Source: Hypanus sabinus
Lineage: Eukaryota
DNA length: 64,000 nucleotides
Direction: 5' to 3'
NCBI RefSeq assembly: GCF_030144855.1
Contig: NC_082721.1
Location: 41,354,001 to 41,418,000 of the forward strand
In this document: positions 37,681 to 49,860 of the stretch, piece by piece
Position numbering within the stretch: position 1 is the stretch's first letter
Layout of the letters: each line of letters opens with the position of its first letter
The notes under the pieces: model-generated
Told to the model about the DNA's origin: nothing
Seen by the model: the letters and a program-made list of their open reading frames with translations, nothing else
Databases searched by the model: none
Program-made: the position numbers and the translations under genes

Positions 37681-40514
37681 AAACCCTTCTTAGGCCAATG
37701 TTGGCAAATGTTCACCCCTCATTTGTGGGCATGCAATCTTGGCAAAGGAATGTGTGGGGACAATTATGGGCTGCCCCCAGAACACACTTGGATGTGTTGG
37801 TTGTTAATGCAAATAACACATTTCATTGTGTGTTTCGATGTACGGGTCATGAATGGATTTGAATCTAGAATCTTCAAATATCGCAATGCCATATGTATTT
37901 CCAGTTTGTAGCATTGTGGGATCTTGCTGTCCACAATCCAGCTCCCGTAATTCCAATGAAGCAAGGATGACTGGATTTTAATTCAGTTAAATCAGCTGTA
38001 AATGTTTTTAAGGCATCCTGAGGCGTTGAAAAGTGTTATGTAATGTACTTTGCTTTTTAGATGAGAAAGTGTGAGTCTGGCCTTAATTGGACTCAGTTGC
38101 ATTGTTTGTAAGAGAAATGTTGGCCAGGGCAGGATGAACTCCCTGCTTTATTTTAGTTTTGTACTGCAGGATATTTAGTGCTCACTTGAACTATCAATAG
38201 TACTGACAACAGCTTACGTAATAGAGCATCCTTAAGATAGCTTAATTTTAGGAGCGTGATCGAATAGTTTGACAGCAGGCCTCAGGACTGCATGCAATGT
38301 GAAATGGGTTTGTGGGGAATGATAGAACTGGGAAAACAGAGAGGCTCAGGGATGGAATTCCAGAGGTTACAGCATTGACAGCTGAAGTTCTGTCCACCAG
38401 GACTGAAGCTGTTGAGAGGTCAAGAAGAGAACATTTGGAAGAGCTGAAGGGGAGTGGTAGGAAGGAACTGTTCTATAGTTGGAGACATTTGGGAATATAG
38501 GTATAACTTTTAAAACTGAGTTGAAAAACAAAAATCTACAATCTACAAAAACCTAAAGTTGCTGGAACCAAGCTAGAAAATGCTGGAAACACTCAGCAGG
38601 CCAAGCAGCATCTGAGGAGAAAGGAACTATTAATATTTCAGATTGAAGTTGTAACATGAATGAATATATGTCGTCAAGCACAGGGAAAGTGGATGAGTAC
38701 ATTTGGGATGAAGTGGCATTTTGGAACTTTTAAATTTTATAGCAGGTCGGCTGAAGAACCTCAGCCAAGGGTGTGCTGGCATGATTAAGCCCATGGACAT
38801 TGGATTATACATCAGGTGAACTGAAGCAGGGGAACAAGATAGGACAGGAAGAAAATGGTGCTACCTGCTCAGACAAACAGTGAGTGAAGAAGCTGCGGTT
38901 ACCCTTGAGAAGACTTCATCCAGGTCACGAGGGCCAAGAGGAAGGAATACTAGTCATGTGAACCACTTTAGTGCTTCATCAGATCAAAAGGCTGGTTGGA
39001 TGAATTGGAGCATAGGATTTTGTGAAAGATGGGTACCAAGTTTTGAAGGTAACAACCCCTGACAGAGTAGAGCAGCCTCAGAGGACACCATGACAGCATG
39101 CCTGTTGTCAGGAGAATTGGTATTGGTTTATTATTGTCAAATGCACCAACATTGTGTTCATAAAGATCAGTCCTCAGTGATTTGATGTAGAACAAGGTGA
39201 AACAACTCTTGCAGTACAGGTAAACAATGAGGTGCAGGATCCTAACAAGGAAGATTCTGAGGTCAAGAGTCCAATTTATCATACTAGGGTACAATTGAAT
39301 AGCCTTATAACCCCTGAGAGTTCTGACTCTGGATGAGAGTTAACAGCTCACTCTGTCAGGGCCAGGTGCTGGTCAGCTTAGCAGGAATTAAATACTCTGA
39401 AGTCCAGGCTCCCCTATTGCCAGTAAATTCTCAAAAGTGCTCGCTGCCTTCCCACAATCCCAATTTTATGATGGGAAAATGAGAATTTAGTGGACTAAGA
39501 AATCGTTGGTCTAAAGTAGATAATCCCGGAAATTAATAATGACTGGCGTAGCTACTAATGCATTCAACTAGCATTAGTCTGATGAATGTGGGACATAAAA
39601 CCAGATCCATCACTTACTAGACCTCAGCTTATGTGAATGATTGGCAGAGAGTGCCCACTCCCCTAACAGGATATTAGATAGTGGGGGAGGAAAAGTCATT
39701 CAAATACTTTAGGCAGCACAGAGGCACCTCCTGTCTCCTCTGCTTTTCTACAGAAGTACAGAACTCACAAGGAGGATGGGATGATTAGAGAACTGAAAGC
39801 CCTTCTGATTTGCCTATGTAGAATATTGCACCGAAGAAACAAGTTTGAAGATTGAGACCGGAGTGGTTATTAATCTCAGAAAACGCTGGAAGCACCTAGC
39901 AGGTCAGGTAGCAGAAAGACAAACAGTAAATACTTCATGACTGATCTATCCCTTCAGTGAAACCTGCATCAGGATCACAGAACTGAAATGTTAAACATTC
40001 TGCCTGATCTGCTGAGTGTTTCTAGCACTTACTATTTTAATTTCAGATTTCCCTTTTGCAGTATTTTTGATTTTCATAGTTAATCATCTCCGGCTTCACC
40101 ACTGTCCCAGACTTGTGCATGCACAGCCTGAAGATGCAGATGGAACCAATTTGGCTTGAGCATGCTGAGGTGAGTCTCGCCTGCTCCCTCAGAATTGCCT
40201 GAGCTGCCACTGTTTATCTATTGTATACTCCAGTAATGATAATAGGTGTGAATGTGCACAGTGTGTTGTACCAACAGGGCAAAATAGCTGAACAGGGTAA
40301 GAGGCTCATTTAGGACAACATGAGAAATGTTTTCCCTCATAGGGTGGAGGTCTGTCGAATCCTTTACGTAGAAGGTTCAGTTGTTAAGTGCTTTAAAAGC
40401 TAAATTCAACAGACCTTTGGGCACTAACAGAATGGGTGCAAAGAGCAGTTGAGGGAGAAGATCAGTGACAAATTTATTGAATGATAGAGCAGCTTTGAAA
40501 GGTTGTGTGGCTTC

Positions 40515-40860
40515 AGAATCAAAATCAGCTTTATTATCATTGACATGTGTTGTCTTGTGGCAGGAGTACTGTTGAAAGACATAAAAAGTGCTACAAGTTA
40601 CAATAGATACATACATACATTTATAGATTGACAAAGTCCAGAAGAGGAATAGCAAGGTAGTGTTCATGGACCATTCAGAAAAAGAGAAAGATGCAGTGAT
40701 TCAATCACTGAGACTAATCTCCAGATTCCTGTCCCTCGGCCCTGATGGTGGCAATGAGAGGAGGACGTGATTAGACGTTGAGGGTCCTTAATAGTGGCTG
40801 CTGCCTTCTCCAAGCTGTTGCCATCTAAAGATATCCTTGACAGTGAGAAGGTGTGCCCAT
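40515..40860 (-). mobile_element. Rex1/Babar LINE 3' fragment
   Basis: (CAGAAT)-type tail and LEKAAATIKDP peptide. Confidence 0.65.
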
Positions 40861-40879
40861 GATAACAAAGGTGAACAGG

Positions 40880-41115
40880 AGTAAGCCATCTTGCCCATCG
40901 AACCTTACCCTTCATACAAAAAGATCTTGGCCAATCGGGCTGTGGACTCAGTTCCACCTACCTGCCTTTTCCCCACGTCTCCTAATTTCCTTGCTATGCA
41001 AAAATTTACTAACTGCGTCTTAAATGTATTTAATGAAGTAGCCTCTATGGCTTCCCTGTGCAAAGAATTCCACAAATTCACTGCTTTCTGTGAAAAGCAG
41101 TTTGTCATCACCATC
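40880..41115 (-). mobile_element. CR1 LINE 3' end
   Basis: NCFSQKAVNLWNSLHREAIEATSLNTFKTQL matches the CR1 ORF2 C-terminus. Confidence 0.85.
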
Positions 41116-41267
41116 GGAAATCTATTCTCTTATTTGTCATATCCCTTTCAGACAATTTTATGTTGAATAAAATGCCCTGTGTAATCAGAGTGGGAGTAAG
41201 GAGGCAAAAGGAAAGACACACCATGAAGCATTAACTGAGGGCAAGAGGACAATGGTTTCACTGGTGA

Positions 41268-41958
41268 CACACACAAAATGCTGATAGAGTGCAGCAGGCC
41301 AGCCAGGAAAAAGTACAGACAACGTTTCGGGCAGCGACCCTTCGTCAGGACTAACTGAAAGAAAACATAGAAAGAGATTTGAAAGTGGGAGGGGGAGGAG
41401 AGGATCTGAAATGATAGGAGAAGACAGGTGGGGGAGGGGTGAAGCTAAGAGTTGGACAGTTGATTGGCAGAAAGGATACACAGCAGGAGAAGGGAAAGGA
41501 TCATAAGATAGGAGGCCTAGGGAGAAAGAAAGGGGGAGGGGAGCCCAGAGGAGGATGGACAGCAGGCAAGGAGTGATTGTGAGAGGGACAGAGAGAGAAA
41601 AAAGGGAGGGAATATTAAGTAAATAAATAAGGGATGGGGTAAGAAGGGGAGGAGGGGCATTAACGGAAGTTAGAGAAATCAGTGTTCATGCCATCAGGTT
41701 GGAGGCTACCCAGACGGAATATAAGGTGTTGTTCCAGCAAACTGAGTGTGGCTTCATCTTGACAGTAGAGGAAGCCAAGGATAGACATATCAGAATGGGA
41801 ATGGGACGTGGAATTAAAATGTGTGCCCATTGGGAGATCTTGCTTTCTCCTGTCGACTGTACTTCTTCCTAAAGATGCTGCCTGGCCTGCTGCATTCCAC
41901 TAGCATTTTTTGTGTGTTGCTTGAATTTCCAGCATCTGCAGATTTTCTTGTGCTTGCA
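41268..41958 (-). mobile_element. Penelope-like insertion with an inverted terminal segment and 13-bp TSD
   Basis: GTTTCACTGGTGA at 41255-67 and 41959-71. Minus arm 41268-41850 ends in the GIY-YIG C-terminus (EQHLIFRLGSLQPDGMNTDFSNFR); plus arm 41852-41958. Confidence 0.9.
41316..41353 (-). ncRNA. Minimal type-I hammerhead ribozyme motif (PLE-associated), core intact
   Basis: Minus strand uaguc-CUGACGA-a-gggucgcugccc-GAAA-cg-UU-gucug; helix I has one mismatch. Confidence 0.6.
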
Positions 41959-43179
41959 GTTTCACTGGTGAGTGGGTGGAAATGTGATCAGTTGTAAAGT
42001 GCTAGAGTGAGTGGATTCTGATAAGGGCTTGTGAATGGAGGTGTCACCAAGTCTGTGCCTCAGGTATAAGCCAGGTGTTGCTGTGGTAATCTTTTACAGA
42101 TATCAACACCTAAGTTAGTTAAAGCTTGCCAGTCCTCCAAGGGTGTCCTAGAGTTGCAGCGATTAATGATTTGTCAACCTGACACTAATTCCTCAATTGC
42201 TGGAGAACTCTCACTGAAGGATTAAAGGATGATTGGATTTAGTTCCCCTGTTCTGATTACTCCAATGCTAAGCTATTGAAATCCTACCTTCCCTCTGGAG
42301 AAGGCTTTTTCTGGTTTATAAAGATTTACTCCAGAATTTCGACCACACAATCTATCTAGGAAGCCCATGGAATGGCTTTGATTTTGGAAAAATTAAAGCT
42401 TAGCTTCTTGTGTCATGGGTTCACCCTTTGTTAATCACACCTGAAACAGATATGTTTATAACACACAATGCAGTTTTATCAGAAACGCAGGGTGGTTTGC
42501 GAATGGGGTTCTATGGTAGAAGACAGGTGGGGTGTGAGTGTATATGGAACTTCCATTCTTATTCATATTTTTATTTCAGAGTTTAGGTAGTTTTTTCTCT
42601 CTCTCAGGTTGTTGTGTGTTTGATTTTGGAGAAAACTGTAGTATTGAAGATTGAAACATTGGCCTGTTTAGAAGCAGCTGAGGTAACACAATTGTATTCC
42701 ATAGTGAACCATCATGGACACTACTGTTCAGGGCATGAAATAACTTCAATTACTTGACCACAGCTTCTTCTTCTAATGGAGTCTCAGGCTCTATCTTCCA
42801 ACATGTTTGCCCATGTTAATGATATCACTGTCGCTATGGTAACCCAAGTTATATCTTAGAAAGTGCTGAATGAGCATGAGACCTCATATCTTGGAGGTTG
42901 AGTGAAAATTATTGATGGCATTCCCAAGGATCTAAGACTCATTAGAAAGTAATGACCTTTTTATAATGTTTCCAAATGAAAGTTTAATTGAGTAAACATT
43001 GACTGAGACATAAGAGCAAGGTTGCCTGCCTGACCTCTTGGACTGGCTCATTGTAGGAAGTGCCTGGCATATTTCTGCAATCAGCATTATTCAATGCAGA
43101 AATATGAACAAGCGCAATCTTCTCTGGGTTAAATTGTGGAGAACTCTGAGGAAGTAACACTCTATCTATCTCTGCTGCC

Positions 43180-43650
43180 TGCACCTCTCTGAATCTTATA
43201 TCAGGTCATCCTTTGCTCCAGGGAAAACATGTCCAATTGATCCAATCTCTCTGCTTAACTGAAGTCTTCTAATCCAGGCTATGCCATGATAAGTACACAA
43301 GATGCTGGAATCAGGAGCAACACGCAAAGCGCTGGAGACCAAGCAGCATCTAGATGAAGGTCAAGACCCTTCATCTAGGTTCTCAGGTGAAGTCTGAGAT
43401 GAAGTCTATATGAAGGGTCTTGATCTGAAACATCACAGGTTTATTTCCCCCCAGAAACGCTCTCTGATCTGCTGAGTTCCTCCAGTGCATTGTTTGGTAT
43501 ATCCTGTTGAACCTCCCCTGCATTCTCTCCACCACAACCATATCTCTCCTCTGGTTTTGTGACTAGAACTGTGCACAATGCTCCCGAGTGCAGTTTAACC
43601 AGTGTCTTGTAAAGTTGCACAGGATGTTCCCATTCTTGTATTCTAACACC
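43180..43650 (-). mobile_element. Decayed CR1 fragment with a nested palindromic PLE remnant (about 43295-43500)
   Basis: QLYKTLVKLH...CTVLV on the minus strand; the PLE remnant includes the hairpin CTAGATGAAGG..CCTTCATCTAG. Confidence 0.65.
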
Positions 43651-44224
43651 TGAAGTGTCATCACTTCCGAGTAAGAGGAGATGCAGAGAAAGGGGAAAGG
43701 TTTCATTTGTGCTCAGATTATTTGCAATCATAGAAGTTTACTGCCATTCTTTAGTTAGTTTGTAATTGATCAGAAATCTCATTTGGAAATCAGCAATCAT
43801 TACCAGCAAAGACTTGCATTTATTTCACATTTCACCTTTGAAATTAATCAACAGCTAGGAAAGTGTTTGAAGCTATGAGTCATAGAGTTAAACAGGATGG
43901 AAACAGGCTCTTTTTTGACCTGTATCCACACTGTTAAATTCCCATTTACAATAATCCTATTTTATTCTTCCCACATTCTCATTTGGTTGAAAACTAAAGT
44001 CTTGCTTGCAAGCAGTCTGTATTTTTCATTTTCTTTGAAATGGTATTACATAACACAGAAAAAAGTGATAAGATGCATTCTGTAGTTGAGGTACACAGCT
44101 CCCAGAAATTGCCCAAGTACCTTACATCTAACAATTTATGTTGGGGAACCATGGTTAGTAAAACAAAGGAACCACTTTGTACATTGCAAGGTGCCATGAG
44201 TAGACATTTGTGCTTTTGTTTTGG

Positions 44225-44486
44225 TCCAGACACAGCAGTGCAGCAGTTAGTGTGGTTTCCTCACAGCTTCTGGGACCTGCCTTTAATCCTGACCACAGGT
44301 GCAGTCCATGCAGGGTTTGCATATTCTCCCTGTGATTGCGTGGGCTTCCAACGGATGCTGCATTTTCCTCCCACGTGCCACTTACTGGATAATGGACTAT
44401 TGTAAATTACCTCTAGTGCAGATAATGGGAGAGTCAGAGATATTGGTAGGTACACGATCCAAATAATAATGTGGGGCAGTGGGTAC
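44225..44486 (+). mobile_element. V-SINE (HE1-like)
   Basis: CACAGCAGTGCAGCAGTTAG head; GGTTTGCATATTCTCCCTGTGATTGCGTGGGCTTCC V-domain. Confidence 0.75.
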
Positions 44487-47400
44487 TGTTATGCTTTGTA
44501 ACTCCAGAAACTAATCGAAAGAAAAGCACGGGAGCCCAGGAGAATGTGTGCACTTTGTTTTTCACTTTGGTGAGGTATGGACATATGACGTGCTGGCGTA
44601 ATGACGTGAGCCATTCACGTACTTCATACATATAACCCGTAAAGAATTATGTAAACAATAAAGAGAGCTTAATCAAACAATATACTTACAATATTACTCA
44701 AATATTACATACAAAACAATCCTCCCTGCTTAGCTATAAACTCCAACTCAATATAGAATGCTTCTCACTTTATATGTATGTATAGTGCCTATAAAAAGTA
44801 TTCACCCCCCCCCCCCAGAAGTTTTCATGTTCTGTATTGTTTTACAACATTGAATCACAGTGGATTTAATTTGGCTTTTTTTGACACTGACCAACAGAAA
44901 GACTCTTTTGTGTCAAAGTGTAAACGATATAATAAAACTACATATATCCACAGCATAATAAACTTTAAATTGTTCCACTCAGGCCTGAAGATTTAATCTC
45001 TGTGGAGCATTTCTTACTCTTGTGGGATAATAACTTTCTCTGTAAGGGTGGGGGGAGGGGTCACTCTGCTTGAAAGGTGAGACTTATGCTGCAAAACAAT
45101 TCCAGTGCCTCCTCTGTGGAGACTGTAGGATTTGACTCTGGGACTGCAGGAAGTGGTTCTGAAAGCTCCAGACACCTTTCTTCTCTAACCATTGAGTCTG
45201 CTCTCCTCAACTGATTAATATGTCATCTCCAAATGACGTCAGACACTATTTCCACTGTGTACGAGAGTGGTCCAGTTCTGTCCTTCATTTTTCCACTTTT
45301 GATCATCTCTGTAAGCCCTCATCAGGACTAAGTGTCCAGGTGTGAAACATCGAACATGCTTTCTTTGAGCGGTCCTCAATTTGTCTCAGCTGCTTATCCT
45401 GCATACTCCTTCGAGATTGTGTTTGAGGAGATCCAAGCATGATTACAAAGGACGCCCCAGGATCAGAATTGCTGGTGAGTTGTTGGTTGTGAACTGTGCT
45501 GCATTGCAATACACAAGGAGGAAATCGGTGAGCTTCTGATTCAGTGTCGATGTAGTGTGCTCTGCTGCCATTGCTCACAATGTGCTGTTAGTCTCTGGAG
45601 AAATTAATGGCCTGGCAAAATTCACATGAATCCTCAGCGAGGGCAATGCAGGCCATTCCTTGATATGGAGAGACTGCGTTCCGCATCTTCTAGAGGTATT
45701 GGCATCCCGATCAGTGCATGGCAAGCAGCTGATCTATCCGGGACAAAGTTTTGAGCCAAATCTTTCATTTTGACCACACCTAAAAGACCAGCATATATTT
45801 CCTCGAACACTTTAGCTCTCAGCTTGGATGGTATTTCAGCTATCAATCCCCAGAAAAGACAACAACCATCAAAGGCAACTTCATCCTGGTGCTGATAAGA
45901 GTTACAGAGCTAGGGTTTCTACTGTACATTTCAGCCATTTTTGGTGGCCTTGTAGACTTGAGACAGCGTGGAGTCTTCTCTGGTTTCCCAATGGATCATT
46001 TCTGCCGGAATATTGAGTCTTTCAATTTGCATTAGCAAATATACATCAAGATGAGTTTCCCATTTTGTAAATTTCTCAGGTATTTTCTTTTCCAAATTCA
46101 TCAGCATTTCCATGAGTAGTTGTCCTCTTGAATTCGATCTTGTAATTGTGTCCTCCAAGAAACAGAAACCATTTCTGCATTCATGTTGCTGCTGTTAGTG
46201 GGACATCCTTCTGTGGATTGCAAATGGATGCTAGTGCCTGATGATCAGTAATGAGGGTAAACCCTCTCCCATACAAGTACTGGTTGAAATGTTTTACACC
46301 CCAAACCAGACTCAAGGCTTCTCTGTCAATCTGCTCATAATGTTTCTCAGCAATGGTAAGGAAACGTGATGTGACCGTGACATGACTGCACCTATAGGAT
46401 AAGGTGAGGCGTCTCAGGCAAGCTTCATTGGACGGTGTGGATCATAGTGTCATAGTGAATATAATGTCTGACGTCACCATTTCCTTTGTCTTTTGGAAAG
46501 CCACCTCACACTGCTTTGTCCATTGTCATTTCTTCCCAATTTGTAGTAATGAATTCAAAGGGTTGAGCACAGTAGCCAGGTTTGGCAGGAACCTGTTGCA
46601 GCAAGCAGCAAATCCAAATAAGGTCTGCTACTGTGACATGTCCTTGGGCCTTGAGGCATCCACCAGTGTTATTTTTCTCAGCACACTTGTGTAATCATTG
46701 TGCAACAAAGGTGTGATCACAGTAAGTGATGCTTGGTTTAAACAATTCACACTTGTGGCACCTTGCTTGGAGCTCATAATCTTCTAATTTTGCAATTTTG
46801 GATTTGTTCCTTGTCATCCTAATTGTTAAGAAAGGTGTCATCCAGGTAACACTGTTTCTGGATAGCCCTGCAGCACCTGGTCCGTAGCTCTCTGCTAAAA
46901 TGCCAGTGCAGATGCCTCTCCAAGGGTAAGCCTATTCTAGCAATAAAGCTCTTTGTGGGTGTTTTGGACTCTTCTTCCATCTCCATCTACAGATAGGCCT
47001 CAGCTAAGTCTATAGCTGAAATGTTTCCCTCCCAAAAGGTTTAGAAAGATATCCTCTATACTGGACAGAGGGTATTGATCTACTTTCAGTACTGGGTTGA
47101 TGATGACCTTAAAGTCACCACAAATCCTGAGAGACCCATTCTTCTTGGCATATGGTACCACTGTGATTGCCCATGGGCTCCACTCAAGAATCCCTTCAGC
47201 CTCCATGCAAACTAGCTCACTGGCTATTTAATCGCAGATAGTATAAGGAGCTGGTCAGGATTTGTAATATGAAGGTGTGGCATTTTAATTTAATACTGTT
47301 TTACCCTTGATATGTTTGAGTTTCTAATGCCATCCTTGAAAACTGCTTTGGCATCATCCAGTACCTTTCTTAATTCACTTTCAGTTGACTCTTTGGTAGG

Positions 47401-47931
47401 CCATGTGGAATGCAAATTGTGACTGGATCTCCAATCACCTTGCAGCTGTCTCAGCCCCACAGTGCTGGCTCTCCTGTTTTTACCACATCCAAGCCCAATG
47501 TGCCTTGTTCACTGTTACAAGTGCCATTCCTGCAGCAGTTCTCTTTTCTCCAGTATAAGTTCTTAGTTGGATATTTGCAAGCTTGATTTCAGTTAATTTG
47601 AACTGATGTTTAAACTCATTTTGTGGAATATCTGAAACATCCGAGCCTGTGCCCAATTCTATTTTAATTAATTCGCTGTTCACCTCTGGTTTAAGCCATG
47701 TTGCTTGCCTCTTGTTAGTTTTCATGTTGTAAATCTCAAGCCTAGCCAGTCCTGTGTCCCTCTCAACATTATAAGAATTTTCATCAACAGCATGCAGATT
47801 AGCACTCTTTTTGAAACTGCAGCTTGACTTTTTAATCTTTTTTTCTTCCCTGTGCAGCCTATTTATTTTGTCTGCCCAACATGCTCTTTGTATGCATCCT
47901 ACTTTGTTACATTTTCTGCAAGTTTTACCTC
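44487..47931 (-). mobile_element. Gypsy LTR retrotransposon (Mag/K02A2.6-like pol), 5'-truncated and pseudogenised, 3' LTR 44487-44718
   Basis: In order on the minus strand: gag knuckle CRKCNKVG.IQRAC (about 47920), protease IELGTGSDVS, RT WAITVVPYAKKNGSLRICGDFKV..NP and QCYLDD (about 46845), RNase H QIDREALSLVWGVKHFNQYLYGR.FTLITDH, integrase PSKLRAKV.EE..AG.LGVVKMK and YPTRVRNAPQRLNL; PPT AAGCAGGGAGGA; LTR TG...CA. Confidence 0.93.
44783..44921 (+). mobile_element. Single end of a Tc1-like DNA transposon inside the Gypsy 3' UTR
   Basis: TA followed by (C>T)AGTGCCTATAAAAAGTATTCACCCCC, the typical Tc1 terminus; no partner TIR seen. Confidence 0.7.
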
Positions 47932-48509
47932 TGTTCTAATGAGACTGCTTGCATAAAATGAATCTCAAAGTACTATATGGTGACATATATATTTTGATAT
48001 TTACTTTTTTTCCTGGCCCCTCATGGAGTTGGAGTTATATTTAGCCTCTAAAGTATAGATCTTGTGTCAATCTGTACATCCCTCAGGGTTCAATTGAGAT
48101 TACGCAGAATACCTCTTGCACTACTTTTTCCGTTTTCAGTTGAGAATGCAACAAAGCATCCTTTTTGGAACCGAGCCACTGAAGTCCAGACAAGATAAAA
48201 TGACAGGCAGAAATTTCAAGATATCATTATTTAGTTTCAGCATTAAACATGAGGCAGGTGTGGAAGATAATATTAGGAACAATATGGGAGATTACAAAAA
48301 CATGCAAAATGTTAAGTAAACTAATTCATCTTGATGGGATAAATTCCTGAATCTTGGCATCTGCACAATTTATCAGAACTTAGTTCCGAGGCATTTTCAC
48401 ACATTTAATAATTCATTTGAAGGAAGTTTAGACTCAGATGCATTGCGGATTAATTACTTTATAATGCTCTTTCAGAAGGGATGAAACATGACCATTAAAC
48501 TGTAAAAAT

Positions 48510-48835
48510 GGACAGCACAATGGCTCATTAAATAGAGCTGTTAACATTCAGCTTCGCAATTTAGCTTTGATCCTAACTTCCGGTGCTATCTGTGTACGAA
48601 TTACACATTCTCTCTGTGACTGAGTGGATTTCTTCCAACTGTCCAGTTTCTTTCTACATCCTAAATCTGTGCTGGTTCATAAGGTAATTGGCCACTGTGA
48701 GTTGTCAATAGTACAAGTGTGTAGTTAGTGTTTTTTTTCTCTGTGTAAGGTTAAAAGGAAGTAGATAGGGATTGTTCCATGAGTCAGCAGAGATACAGTG
48801 GGCTGAGTTACCTTCTCCTATGTTGTAAGATAATA
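48510..48835 (+). mobile_element. V-SINE (HE1-like), diverged
   Basis: CGGTGCTATCTGTGTACGAATTACACATTCTCTCTGTGACTGAGTGGATTTC...GGTAATTGGCCACTGT. Confidence 0.7.
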
Positions 48836-48849
48836 TTAGAAATCAATCA

Positions 48850-49860
48850 ACTGAGAGCCATAATATTTCATTGTGCAGTCAACGAGGATTGTAAAATGGA
48901 AAGTCGTGCTTGATCAGCTTCAATAAATCCAAACAAAGAGAGTCAACAAGGGCAATGTTGTAAGTACCTCCGTTTCTGTATCTCTTTGATAAGCTATTGC
49001 ATAGCAAGCTGATAAGTTTAGTTCAGAAGGTTAGCAGAATAGAAAGCTAGCTGATGACAGAAAGCAGAAAGCATGGAGAAGCAAGGCAGTTTTGGGGAAA
49101 GTGATTTTGCAAGGATCAATGCTCGGCTATTGTTCTTCACCACTTATATTAATGTTTTCAACTTTGAAAAGAAGTATACATTCCTAACTAGAGAACAGAT
49201 TCCAAGTTGGAAGCAGAAGGCAAGGAAGGTGCTGTGAAGAATGAGGAGTATAGCAATTTACCAGAAAGATATTCATGAACTAGGCATGTAAATGACACTG
49301 AATTTCAACATCGAGAAGTTTGCAGTAATGCCTTATGACAAAGAAAATCACATATTGCTCAAAAAAAATCTAAGTGGAGCAGAGGAGCAAAGAGATTGCA
49401 GAGCACCAATAAGTAAGTTATTGAAAAATATGACAGAGTAGTAACACAGAAAGATGCAAGTAATGCACCAGGATTTACTTTAAATGAGACAGAACTGATA
49501 GAGAGAGAAGCTGAACCTTGGTTTTACCACATTTTAAGTAGTGGTCATCATACCTTGAGAAGGAGAAAAAGGCATTGAAGAGGTGCAACAGATTCAGAAG
49601 GATGAAATTACAAATGAGAGGTTGCAACTCAGCAAAGAGGCTCCCTTTATTGCAAAGTGCTCACTGAAGACTGAGTTAATTGAGACCTTCACATTTATGA
49701 AAGGTTTAGGTAAGAGTAGGCAGGGGATGTGTTTCCATTTATGGGGAGGAACAAACCAGTCGCTGTCAGTAAAGGCTGTCTGTCAAGCAGTCTGGCAGGA
49801 TATTACTGAATGGCGGGGAGATTGTGGAACTCACAAACAAAAGGAATAGATGAACGTAGC
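48850..49860 (+). mobile_element. Highly decayed CR1 RT fragment
   Basis: GKSCLI.., QGSMLG..LFTTYIN and LIETFTFMKGL motifs in CR1 order. Confidence 0.65.

Noticed and set aside
39543-39604. Type-III-hammerhead-like layout: 8-bp stem (ACTAATGC/GCATTAGT), CTGATGA, 4-bp stem, AAAA, and CCAG complementary to upstream CTGG
   Set aside because: The essential G12 is A, there is no NUH triplet directly before helix I, and 7 extra nucleotides separate helices III and I; best treated as chance or a dead relic.
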